Shown: positions 41,957 to 50,037 of the stretch, piece after piece
Layout of the letters: each line of letters opens with the position of its first letter
Position numbering within the stretch: the stretch's first letter is position 1
Assembly: GCA_963771275.1 (NCBI GenBank)
Contig: CAVYSW010000003.1
Span: 96,001 to 160,000, forward strand
DNA from: an uncultured Gemmatimonadales bacterium
GTDB taxonomy: Bacteria; Gemmatimonadota; Gemmatimonadetes; Gemmatimonadales; GWC2-71-9
DNA length: 64,000 bases
Direction: 5' to 3'
The notes under the pieces: generated by a model
The model's input: the letters and a program-made list of their open reading frames with translations, nothing else
What the model was told of the DNA's origin: nothing
Database searches by the model: none
Translations under genes and position numbers: made by a program

Positions 41957-43188
41957 TCGCCCTGTTCGAAGGCGTCGGGATCGCGATCGGCTCGCTGCGC
42001 GGCAACAAGATGCGCGCGGCGCTCACGATCCTCGGCATCGCGATCGGCGTGATGGTCGTGATGGTCATCGCGTCGCTCATCACCGGCATCAACCACAACG
42101 TCGCCCAGATCTTCGAGGAGGCCGGCACCCGGACGTTCTACGTGACCCGCTACTTCCAGGGCGGCATCGTGGTGAGCGACGGCTCCGACGAGATGAGCCC
42201 CTGGCGGCGGCGGCCGCACGTCACGCAGCAGGAGGCGGACCGGATCGCCCGGCTGCCGGCCGTGTCGTTCGTGGACGTCATCGAGTGGTGGGGCGCGTCG
42301 GGCGAGTACGCCGGCAAGTCGCTCGGCTCGGTCGGCATCGAAGGCCGTTCGGAGAACTGGCCGCGCGTCTCGGGCGGCGACATCTACCCCGGCCGCTCCT
42401 TCACGCGCATGGAAGCGCTGACCAACGCGCTCGTGGCGGTGATCACGCAGAAGATGGCCGACCGCCTCTTCGGCCAGGTCGACCCCGTGGGCAAGGTCAT
42501 CAAGCTGAACGGCTATCCGTTCGAGGTGATCGGCATGTACACGCCGCCGCCCAACCTGTTCGGCGACGGCGAGGGGCCACGGGCCATCATCCCGAACGGC
42601 ACGCTGAACAAGTACATCAAGCCGCAGCGGGGCTGGCTGCGGATCGCGGTGTCCCCGGTGGACAGTGTCACCGTCGCCGACGCGATCGACGAGGTCACGA
42701 TCGCGCTGCGCACGATGCGCGGCCTGCGCCCCGGTGAGGAGAGCAATTTCGACGTCATCACCCAGGACAAGCTGCTCGACACGTGGAACAAGGTCACCGG
42801 CATGTTCTTCCTGGTCATGCTGGTGCTGTCGGGCGTGGGGCTGATGGTGGGCGGGGTCGGCGTGGTCGCGATCATGATGATCTCGGTCACCGAGCGGACG
42901 CGCGAGATCGGCGTGCGCAAGGCCATGGGCGCCACCAAGCGGGAGATCCTCTGGCAATTCCTGGTGGAGGCCAGCACCCTCACGCTCGTCGGGGGTGCCG
43001 TCGGCATGGTCCTCGGGGGCGGCATCGCCTTCATCATCTCCAAGGTCACGCCGCTCCCCGCGTCGGTGCCGCTGTGGTCGGTCGTCGCGGCCCTCGGCGC
43101 CGCGGCGCTCACCGGGATCCTCTTCGGGATCTACCCGGCCGGCCGGGCGGCGCGGCTGGATCCGGTGGAAGCGCTGAGATACGAATGA
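41953..43188 (+). CDS. ABC transporter permease (MacB/FtsX family), type B copy 1
   Basis: ATGA overlap; VGGVGVVAIMMISVTERTREIGVRKAMGA. Confidence 0.93.
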   Translation: MIALFEGVGIAIGSLRGNKMRAALTILGIAIGVMVVMVIASLITGINHNVAQIFEEAGTRTFYVTRYFQGGIVVSDGSDEMSPWRRRPHVTQQEADRIARLPAVSFVDVIEWWGASGEYAGKSLGSVGIEGRSENWPRVSGGDIYPGRSFTRMEALTNALVAVITQKMADRLFGQVDPVGKVIKLNGYPFEVIGMYTPPPNLFGDGEGPRAIIPNGTLNKYIKPQRGWLRIAVSPVDSVTVADAIDEVTIALRTMRGLRPGEESNFDVITQDKLLDTWNKVTGMFFLVMLVLSGVGLMVGGVGVVAIMMISVTERTREIGVRKAMGATKREILWQFLVEASTLTLVGGAVGMVLGGGIAFIISKVTPLPASVPLWSVVAALGAAALTGILFGIYPAGRAARLDPVEALRYE

Positions 43189-43189
43189 C

Positions 43190-43259
43190 CGTGTAGCGTC
43201 TAGCGTATCGCGTGTGGCGTGGCGCCAGCGGCTGCACGCCATACGCTGCACGCTGCACG
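43190..43259. repeat. Inverted 7-bp tandem array (CGTGTAG ... CTRCACG)
   Basis: 4 units at 43190-43217 and 4 reverse-complement units at 43232-43259. Confidence 0.85.
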
Positions 43260-43280
43260 ATCCTTGTAGATTCCTCCTCT

Positions 43281-44525
43281 ATGCCGATCCTCGAAGGCCT
43301 CCGGCTCGCCGTCCAGACGATCCTGGCGCACAAGCTGCGCTCGTTCTTCACACTGCTCGGGATCATCGTCTCGGTGGCGTTTCTGGTCGCGGTGGTGGCG
43401 GTGATCCAGGGCATGAACGCCTACGTCAGCGAGACGATCACCGGCGCCATCATCGGCACGAACGCCTTTCAGATCCGCCGCACGCCGATCTCCGTGGGCC
43501 TGATCGACGACCAGGAGTGGCGTGAGCTCCAGAAGCGGCCCATCATCGCGCCGGAGGACGTACCGTTCGTGGAGCGGGCGCTGCCTGACGCCGTCGCCAT
43601 TGCGCTTCAGTCCGGCTGGCCCACCCCCTCGGTCGACGTGAAGTGGCGCAACCGCACCGTCGGCGACGTGCTGGTGTTCGGCGTGACACCGCCGTTTGTC
43701 GCCATCCAGGACTACCGCCTCGCGTTCGGCGACGCGTTCAACGACGTGGACGTCCGCGAACGCCGCCCAGTCGCCGTACTCGGCTGGGACGTCGCCGACA
43801 AGCTGTTCGACGACCCCGGCATGGCAATCGGCAGCACGGTGCGCGTGGGTGGGCGCCAATTCGTGGTCAAGGGCGTGATCGCGAAGAAGGGGAACGTCCT
43901 CGGGCAGTCGTTCGACGGCTTCGCGATGCTGCCGATCACGACGTTCGAGGCCATCTTCGGCCGGCGCCAGACCACGGTGATCTCGGTGAAGATGGCCGCA
44001 GCCGACCAGGTGGCCGACGGGATGGCACGCGCGGAGGAGGGCATGCGTATCGCGCATCGGCTCCGCCCCGGCCAGCCCGACGATTTCACCGTGGATACGG
44101 CCGAAGGGCTCGTCACGTTCTGGAAGAACCTCACCCGCGTGATCTTCACGGTCGTGCCCGCCGTCGTCGCCATCGGCATCGTCGTGGGCGGCATCGTGAT
44201 CATGAACATCATGCTCATGTCGGTGCGGGAGCGGACCCGCGAGATCGGCATCCGCAAGTCGCTCGGCGCCACGCGCCGGGACATCCGGCGCCAGTTCCTC
44301 GCCGAGGCGGTGACCCTCACCACGATCGGTGGCGCGCTCGGCCTCACGATGGGGTTCCTGTTCGCGCAGCTGATTCGGCTGGCGTCGCCGCTCCCCGCGC
44401 TCGTCACCTGGTGGTCGGCGGCAGTCGCGCTGCTGCTCGGCGCCTCGGTCGGCGTCGTGTTCGGCGTCTATCCCGCGGCTCGGGCGGCGACGCTGGACCC
44501 GATCACCGCCCTGCGCCATGAATGA
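43281..44525 (+). CDS. ABC transporter permease, type A copy 2
   Basis: LEGLRLAVQTILAHKLRS; VGGIVIMNIMLMSVRERTREIGIRKSLGA. Confidence 0.93.
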   Translation: MPILEGLRLAVQTILAHKLRSFFTLLGIIVSVAFLVAVVAVIQGMNAYVSETITGAIIGTNAFQIRRTPISVGLIDDQEWRELQKRPIIAPEDVPFVERALPDAVAIALQSGWPTPSVDVKWRNRTVGDVLVFGVTPPFVAIQDYRLAFGDAFNDVDVRERRPVAVLGWDVADKLFDDPGMAIGSTVRVGGRQFVVKGVIAKKGNVLGQSFDGFAMLPITTFEAIFGRRQTTVISVKMAAADQVADGMARAEEGMRIAHRLRPGQPDDFTVDTAEGLVTFWKNLTRVIFTVVPAVVAIGIVVGGIVIMNIMLMSVRERTREIGIRKSLGATRRDIRRQFLAEAVTLTTIGGALGLTMGFLFAQLIRLASPLPALVTWWSAAVALLLGASVGVVFGVYPAARAATLDPITALRHE

Positions 44526-44526
44526 T

Positions 44527-44604
44527 CGTGTAGCGTATAGCGTACAGCGGGTAGCGTGGATCAGCCTCGGTGCACGCTCCACGCTACACGCTAGACGCCA
44601 CACG
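44527..44604. repeat. Inverted 7-bp tandem array (CGTRTAG ... CTACACG)
   Basis: 4 units at 44527-44554 and 5 reverse-complement units at 44570-44604. Confidence 0.85.
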
Positions 44605-44616
44605 CGCGGTTAGCGT

Positions 44617-45858
44617 ATGCGTCTCTCCGCCATCCCCGAAGGTGTCGGCATCGCGCTCGACGCGATCCGGAGCAACAAGCTCCGCTCCGCGCTCACCATC
44701 CTCGGCGTGGTGATCGGCGTCTCGACGGTCATGACAATGGCGTCCATCGTCAACGGCATCCGGGGCCAGATCCTCAACACGATCGAGGTGGTGGGCCCCA
44801 CCACCATCCGCATCTTCCGCTACTTCTCGACCACTCCGGTGAACCCGGACAACCCACCTCGCGAGGTGCGGATCCGCCCGGCCCTCAAGGCCGAGGAGGC
44901 GGAGGCCTTCGCTCGGCTGCCCGAGATCGCCTACTCGGCCGTCTGGACTGTCCTCCAGCAACGCCTCGAGTACGGGCAGGTGCGAACGCAGTTCACCGTG
45001 ATCTATGGCGCCGACGAGCGGTTCATGGAAATCCTCGGCGGCGGGCTCGCCCAGGGGCGCCTATTCACACCCGCCGAGACGCGCACCGGGGCCTCGGTCG
45101 TCATCCTCGAAGCGGACGCCGCCGAGCGGCTGTTCGGGCGGGTCGACCCGCTGCGGAAGGTCATGCGTGTCGGCGGCCGGCCGTTCCGGGTCGTCGGCAT
45201 CTACCGCAAGGCCGAGAACATCTTTCAGCCGCCCGGCCAGGAGATCGCGGCCGTCCTGCCGTACGAGGCGGCTCGCCGGGGCTTCCGGGTGGACGAAGTG
45301 AACGGGCTCGTGATCCTCGCCAAGCCGCGCCCCGGGGTCTCCGTGGACCGGGCGATGGACGCGATCACGGTCCAGTTTCGCAAGATGCGCGGCCTCCGGC
45401 CGGGCGACCCCAACACGTTCGACCTGGTCACGTCCGAGCAGGTGCTGAGCCTGTTCAACCAGCTCACCGGCGTGTTCTTCCTGGTGATGATCGTGTTGTC
45501 GAGCGTCGCGCTCATGGTGGGGGGCATCGGCGTGATGGCCATCATGATGGTGTCCGTGACCGACCGCACGCGCGAGATCGGCGTGCGCAAGGCGCTGGGC
45601 GCCACGCGCCGCGAGATCCTCTGGCAGTTCCTGGTCGAGGCTTCGACGCTGACCCTGGTGGGCGGGGTGATCGGCGTGGTCTTCGGGATCGTGGCCGGTC
45701 AGGCCGTCAAGGCGCTGCTGCGACTGGAGTCCGGCGTGCCCGTCTGGAGCGCGGTGGTCGCCACCACCGTCTCGGTGGTCATCGGCCTCGTCTTCGGCTT
45801 GCTGCCGGCGAACCGAGCGTCGAGACTGGATCCGGTGGAGGCGTTGCGGTACGAGTGA
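44617..45858 (+). CDS. ABC transporter permease, type B copy 2
   Basis: EGVGIALDAIRSNKLRS; VGGIGVMAIMMVSVTDRTREIGVRKALGA. Confidence 0.93.
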   Translation: MRLSAIPEGVGIALDAIRSNKLRSALTILGVVIGVSTVMTMASIVNGIRGQILNTIEVVGPTTIRIFRYFSTTPVNPDNPPREVRIRPALKAEEAEAFARLPEIAYSAVWTVLQQRLEYGQVRTQFTVIYGADERFMEILGGGLAQGRLFTPAETRTGASVVILEADAAERLFGRVDPLRKVMRVGGRPFRVVGIYRKAENIFQPPGQEIAAVLPYEAARRGFRVDEVNGLVILAKPRPGVSVDRAMDAITVQFRKMRGLRPGDPNTFDLVTSEQVLSLFNQLTGVFFLVMIVLSSVALMVGGIGVMAIMMVSVTDRTREIGVRKALGATRREILWQFLVEASTLTLVGGVIGVVFGIVAGQAVKALLRLESGVPVWSAVVATTVSVVIGLVFGLLPANRASRLDPVEALRYE

Positions 45859-45859
45859 A

Positions 45860-45957
45860 CGTTCAGCGTATAGCGTGTAGCGTCTAGCGTACCAACTGAC
45901 GCCGCACGCCATCCGCTACACGCCATACGCTATAGGCCAGCCGCTACACGCTACACG
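45860..45957. repeat. Inverted 7-bp tandem array overlapping the stop of the four-helix-bundle gene
   Basis: 4 CGTRTAG-type units at 45860-45887 and about 9 CTACACG-type units at 45896-45957. Confidence 0.88.
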
Positions 45958-46316
45958 TTCTTCCTCCCGTACCGCTTCAGCAATCCCACCAGCATGCTCG
46001 TGACGCGCTCCAGATCGGCTGCCGTCCGTTCGACGGAAGCTCCCGTTGGCAGCGCGTCCACGCGGCCGGCGACCCAGAAGTGCGTCTTGAGCTCGACTGC
46101 AGACCCGAAGGCGATGCGGACACCCCGTACAAGCTGGCGCGGCGTCCCCAAGGCGAACGCTTCGGCGACGTTGGCAGGGATGCTGATAGCAGCACGGCCG
46201 ATCTGATCCGCGAGAATCGGATGCCCTGAAAGCGGTCGGACCCGGGTCATCCGGTAGGCCTCAACGGCGAGTTCGCGACCCAGACGGTAGGCATCGAGGT
46301 GCTCGAGGCTGCGCAT
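45951..46316 (-). CDS. Four helix bundle protein (23S rRNA IVS protein / Avd-like family)
   Basis: L.AY......LA...Y, LADQIGRAAISIPANVAE and IAFGSAVELKTH match the family pattern. Confidence 0.88.
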   Translation of the reverse strand: MRSLEHLDAYRLGRELAVEAYRMTRVRPLSGHPILADQIGRAAISIPANVAEAFALGTPRQLVRGVRIAFGSAVELKTHFWVAGRVDALPTGASVERTAADLERVTSMLVGLLKRYGRKNV

Positions 46317-46372
46317 GACGCACTATGGCGCCCTTCGCCCCGCATGTGCTACCATTCCACTGCACCGGCAAG

Positions 46373-46407
46373 CGATACGCTACACGCTAAACGCTACACG
46401 CTATACG
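46373..46407. repeat. 7-bp tandem array (CTACACG-type) x5 abutting the bshB1 ATG
   Basis: cgatacg ctacacg ctaaacg ctacacg ctatacg, then ATG. Confidence 0.88.
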
Positions 46408-47133
46408 ATGCCCACGCCCCCCGTTCATCTCCTCGCCATCGCCGCCCACCCCGACGACGTCGAGCTGACCTGCGGCGGCTCGTCGATTAAGGCGGTCCGC
46501 CAGGGCTACCGCGCCGCCATCGTGGACCTCAGCGGTGGGGAAACCGGGACCCACGGCACAATGGGGCTGCGCGCCGAGGAGGCCGGGCGGGCCGCGCGGA
46601 TCTTGGGCGTCACCGAGCGCGTCAACGCCGGGTTGCCGGATGCGGGGCTCCACAACACGGACGAGACGCGGCGTGCGGTCGTGGCGCTGATCCGCCGGTT
46701 CGCCCCAAGCGTGGTGATCCTCCCCTTCCCCATCGGCCGCCACCCGGACCACCGCGTCGCGTCGGAGCTGTGCCGCGACGCGTCCTACCTCGCCGGCCTC
46801 AAGAACTACCCGGCGGAGGGCGCGCCGCACCGGCCCGAGAAGATCCTGTATACGCTGGCGTTTCGCGAAGACCCGGTGAAGCCGACGTTCGTCGTGGACA
46901 TCACGGCCGAGTTCGAGACCAAGCTCGCGGCGATCCGCTGCTACGCGTCGCAGTTCGACGGCAAGATGGCGGCGGGCGAGATCTTTCCGTCCGGCGAGGA
47001 CATCTACGAGAACGTGCGGATGCACTGCGCGCGGGCCGGCAGCCTGATCCGGACGGCATACGGCGAGCCGTATCTCACCTACGAGACGGTGCGGATCGAC
47101 GACGTGGTGGCGATGGGAGTGCGGTCGATGTGA
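46408..47133 (+). CDS. bshB1: Bacillithiol biosynthesis deacetylase (PIG-L/LmbE family)
   Basis: AHPDDVELTCGG, DLSGGETGT, RHPDH, FVVDIT...K..AI.CYASQF and YGEP. Confidence 0.8.
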   Translation: MPTPPVHLLAIAAHPDDVELTCGGSSIKAVRQGYRAAIVDLSGGETGTHGTMGLRAEEAGRAARILGVTERVNAGLPDAGLHNTDETRRAVVALIRRFAPSVVILPFPIGRHPDHRVASELCRDASYLAGLKNYPAEGAPHRPEKILYTLAFREDPVKPTFVVDITAEFETKLAAIRCYASQFDGKMAAGEIFPSGEDIYENVRMHCARAGSLIRTAYGEPYLTYETVRIDDVVAMGVRSM

Positions 47134-47179
47134 GCCGGGTGATGCCGCCCGTCGGCACATCCCCCATCAGATTGCCCGG

Positions 47180-47299
47180 CAGAGCCAGCTCTAGCTCGAA
47201 CGGGTAGCACGGCACCCGGACTTCCTGATACAGCCGCCGCTTCGTGAGCTGGTCGGCTCTGCGTGTCGATGGGCTCAGCACTTCCACCACAAAGCGCAG
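47180..47299 (-). pseudogene. Uma2 endonuclease remnant
   Basis: LRFVVEVLSPSTRRADQLTKRRLYQEVRVPCY with no N-terminal half. Confidence 0.7.
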
Positions 47300-47311
47300 T
47301 TGGCTGGACCT

Positions 47312-47389
47312 GCCGAAACGATGAGCCGGCTGGCTTTCGCCATCCGCCTCATTCGGCGCAGCGAAACCACTACGCAAATCGCAGTCCGT
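47312..47389 (-). ncRNA. Putative small RNA (copy 2), homolog of 21368-21447
   Basis: Begins ACGGACUGCGA. Hairpins GCGUAGUG/CGCUGCGC and AUGAGGCGGAUGGC-GAAA-GCCAGCCGGCUCAU, with compensatory changes relative to copy 1. Confidence 0.65.
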
Positions 47390-47395
47390 ACACAC

Positions 47396-47425
47396 AGCGT
47401 ACGCTCGGCCTGCCGCTGCGGTCAA
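47396..47425 (-). promoter_or_regulatory. sigma70 promoter between tRNA copy 2 and sRNA copy 2
   Basis: TTGACC (47425-47420), 18-nt spacer, TACGCT (47401-47396). Same position as in copy 1. Confidence 0.7.
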
Positions 47426-47436
47426 TGGCGGGGGGG

Positions 47437-47521
47437 TGCTGGCGGTGGGACACGAACCCGCACGAGGGCCGAAGCCCGGAGGCTTGCGAGACCTCTGCGT
47501 TTGCCATTTCGCCACACCGGC
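47437..47521 (-). tRNA. Second Leu-body tRNA with CGC anticodon; mismatched stems, probably chimeric or impaired
   Basis: Acceptor GCCGGTG/CGCCAGC-A. Anticodon arm GAGGT-CT CGC AA-GCCTC. Variable arm GGGC-TTCG-GCCC. T arm GCGGG-TTCGTGT-CCCAC. Confidence 0.8.
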
Positions 47522-47739
47522 ACCCCTTCGGTTGCGACGCGAAGTGGATACGTGCGGATGTCTCGCATCGGCCCCCGCCGATGCGAGCATCAACCATGGC
47601 AAGCTCGACGCCGATGACGCAGGACCTCGCACGCGCTACCGAGCCGCGCGCTCAGGCCGGCTCGCCCAGCGCAGCGAAACCGCTCCATCTTCGTCCGCCC
47701 CCCGCCGTTTCCGCCCGGTTCCCGCTACCTTTCTCCCTG

Positions 47740-48915
47740 ATGTCCCAGCACACCATCTACCTCGACAACGCCGCCACCACGCCCGTCCTCCCCGACGTGC
47801 GGGAGGCCATGCTCCCGTTCCTTGGCGAGGCGGCCTTCGGCAACCCGTCGTCGCCGCACCGGGTGGGGCGCGCCGTGCGCGCGGCGGTCGAGGAGGCGCG
47901 GCATCAGGTGGCGGCGGCCGTGAGTGCCGACCCCAAGTGGGTGCTGTTCACCAGCGGCGGCACCGAAGCCGATAACCTCGCCGTGCTGGGGGGCGCCCTG
48001 GCGGCCCGCGCGGCGGGCCGGCCGTTCCGCGTGGCGGTGAGCGCCATCGAGCACAAGGCGGTGCTCGCTGCTGCGCACGCCGTCGAGGACCTGGGCGGCG
48101 AGGCGATCGTCATGCCGGTGGACGCGCACGGCGTGCTCGATGTCGACGCGGTCGACCGCGCGCTCACCGCGGGCGCCGATCTCGTCGCGGCCATGTGGGT
48201 CAACAACGAGACCGGCGCGCTGCAGCACGTCGCGACGCTCGCCCGCCGGGTCGCGGAAGCCGGCGGCTGGTTCGTGTGCGACGCCGTCCAGGCGCTCGGC
48301 AAGATCCCGTGCAACCTCGCCGACCTGCCCCGCACCATGCTCACCGTGTCGGCCCACAAGATCGGCGGGCCCAAGGGCGTGGGCGCCCTCATCGTGCCAG
48401 ACGTCCACGCCGTCCACCCGCTGATCCATGGCGGCGGCCAGCAGGGCGGCGTGCGGCCCGGCACGGAGAACGTCCCGGGCATCGTGGGCTTCGGGCGCGC
48501 GGCCGAGCTCGCGGTGCAGCACCTCGCGGCGCACGCCGGTCATACCGCGGCGCTGCGCGACGCGTTCGAGCAGCGGCTCCGCGCCGCGATCCCGGACGCC
48601 CTCGTCCATGGGGCCGGCGCGCCCCGCGCGCCGCACGTGAGCAACGTCGCCTTCCCCGGCGTGGACAGCGAAGCGCTGTTGATGCATCTCGACCTCGCAG
48701 GGGTGTGCTGCTCCTCCGGCTCGGCCTGCACCACCGGCTCCGTCACTCCCTCGCACGTCCTCACCGCCATGGACGTGCCCCGGGCGCTCGCGACCGCGTC
48801 GCTCCGCTTCTCATTCGGACCGCAGAACACGATGGACGAGGTAGAGCAAGTGCTGGCGGGGCTGCCGGCCATCGTGGCCAGGGTGCGGGACCTGGGGAAG
48901 GCGCTGGGACGATGA
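47740..48915 (+). CDS. Cysteine desulfurase (IscS/NifS type)
   Basis: [30 protein letters not shown] and SSGSACT. Confidence 0.94.
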   Translation: MSQHTIYLDNAATTPVLPDVREAMLPFLGEAAFGNPSSPHRVGRAVRAAVEEARHQVAAAVSADPKWVLFTSGGTEADNLAVLGGALAARAAGRPFRVAVSAIEHKAVLAAAHAVEDLGGEAIVMPVDAHGVLDVDAVDRALTAGADLVAAMWVNNETGALQHVATLARRVAEAGGWFVCDAVQALGKIPCNLADLPRTMLTVSAHKIGGPKGVGALIVPDVHAVHPLIHGGGQQGGVRPGTENVPGIVGFGRAAELAVQHLAAHAGHTAALRDAFEQRLRAAIPDALVHGAGAPRAPHVSNVAFPGVDSEALLMHLDLAGVCCSSGSACTTGSVTPSHVLTAMDVPRALATASLRFSFGPQNTMDEVEQVLAGLPAIVARVRDLGKALGR

Positions 48916-49976
48916 GCGGCAAGGTCCTCGTCGCCATGTCCGGCGGTGTCGACAGCTCCGTGGCGGCGGCGCGCCTCGTCGAGGCTGGCTTCGACGTCGT
49001 CGGCGCCACCATGAAGTTGTTCTGCTATGGCGATGACGTGCCCGATCGCCCGTGCTGCTCGCTCGACTCGATCGCCGACGCCCGCGCCGTGGCGGACCGG
49101 CTCGGCATTCCCCACTACGTGCTCAACCTCGAGGACCGGTTCTCCGCGGACGTGATCCTGAACTTCGTGGACGAGTACGCCCGCGGCCGCACCCCGATCC
49201 CGTGCGTTCGCTGCAACTCGTTCACCAAGTTCCGCGACCTGCTCGCCTACGCCGACGCGCTGGGCTGCGAATTCCTGGCCACCGGCCACTACGCCATCGC
49301 CCGGGATGGCGCGCTGTTCCGCGGCCGCGATCCGGACAAGGACCAGAGCTACTTCCTCTGGGGCATCGACCGCGCGGTCGTGCCGCGCATGCTGACGCCG
49401 GTGGGCGGGCTGACCAAGCCCGAGACCCGCGGCATCGCGCGCCGGCTCGGGCTCCGCACCGCCGACAAGCAGGAATCGGTCGAGATCTGCTTCGTCCCGA
49501 CGGGCGACTACCTGCCCGTGCTCCAGCGGCATCTCCCGGCGGACGCGCCGGCGCTCGCCCCCGGCCCGATCGTGACGACCGCGGGCGACGTGGTCGGCCA
49601 CCACGATGGGTTCGCGCGGTTCACGATCGGGCAGCGCCGCGGCGTGCCGGGGGGCTTTCCCCAGGCGATGTACGTGGTCGCGATCCGGCCCGGGGATCGC
49701 ACCGTGGTGATCGGCCCCGCCGACGACCTGCTCGGCCGCCGCGTGGAGCTGTCCGAGGTACGCTGGCTCAGCGCCGAGCCGCTCGCCAAGGGTGTCGAGT
49801 GTCACGTGCAGATCCGCTACCGCTCACCCGCGGTCCCGGCACGCGTCTCCATGGTGGCGTCCGGCGGTGATCGGGTCGCGCTCGAGCTCGCCGAGCCCGT
49901 CCGGGCGATCGCTCCGGGCCAGTCGGGGGTACTGTACGACGGCGATCGGGTCCTCGGCGGCGGGATCATCGACTGA
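48912..49976 (+). CDS. mnmA: tRNA 2-thiouridine(34) synthase
   Basis: [42 protein letters not shown] and PGQS. Confidence 0.96.
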   Translation: MSGKVLVAMSGGVDSSVAAARLVEAGFDVVGATMKLFCYGDDVPDRPCCSLDSIADARAVADRLGIPHYVLNLEDRFSADVILNFVDEYARGRTPIPCVRCNSFTKFRDLLAYADALGCEFLATGHYAIARDGALFRGRDPDKDQSYFLWGIDRAVVPRMLTPVGGLTKPETRGIARRLGLRTADKQESVEICFVPTGDYLPVLQRHLPADAPALAPGPIVTTAGDVVGHHDGFARFTIGQRRGVPGGFPQAMYVVAIRPGDRTVVIGPADDLLGRRVELSEVRWLSAEPLAKGVECHVQIRYRSPAVPARVSMVASGGDRVALELAEPVRAIAPGQSGVLYDGDRVLGGGIID

Positions 49977-50037
49977 AGTGAGCCGGGCTGCCGTTTGGCC
50001 GTTCACTGAGCGGCGGAATCCACCATACGGAGTATCC

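Noticed and set aside
43190..46407. CRISPR array or diversity-generating retroelement
   Set aside because: The repeats are 7-bp tandem units without spacers. No cas gene, reverse transcriptase or TR/VR pair was seen in the window.
47437..49976. Functional link between the odd tRNA and the adjacent desulfurase-mnmA genes
   Set aside because: MnmA thiolates U34 whereas this tRNA has C34. Copy 1 has unrelated neighbours.
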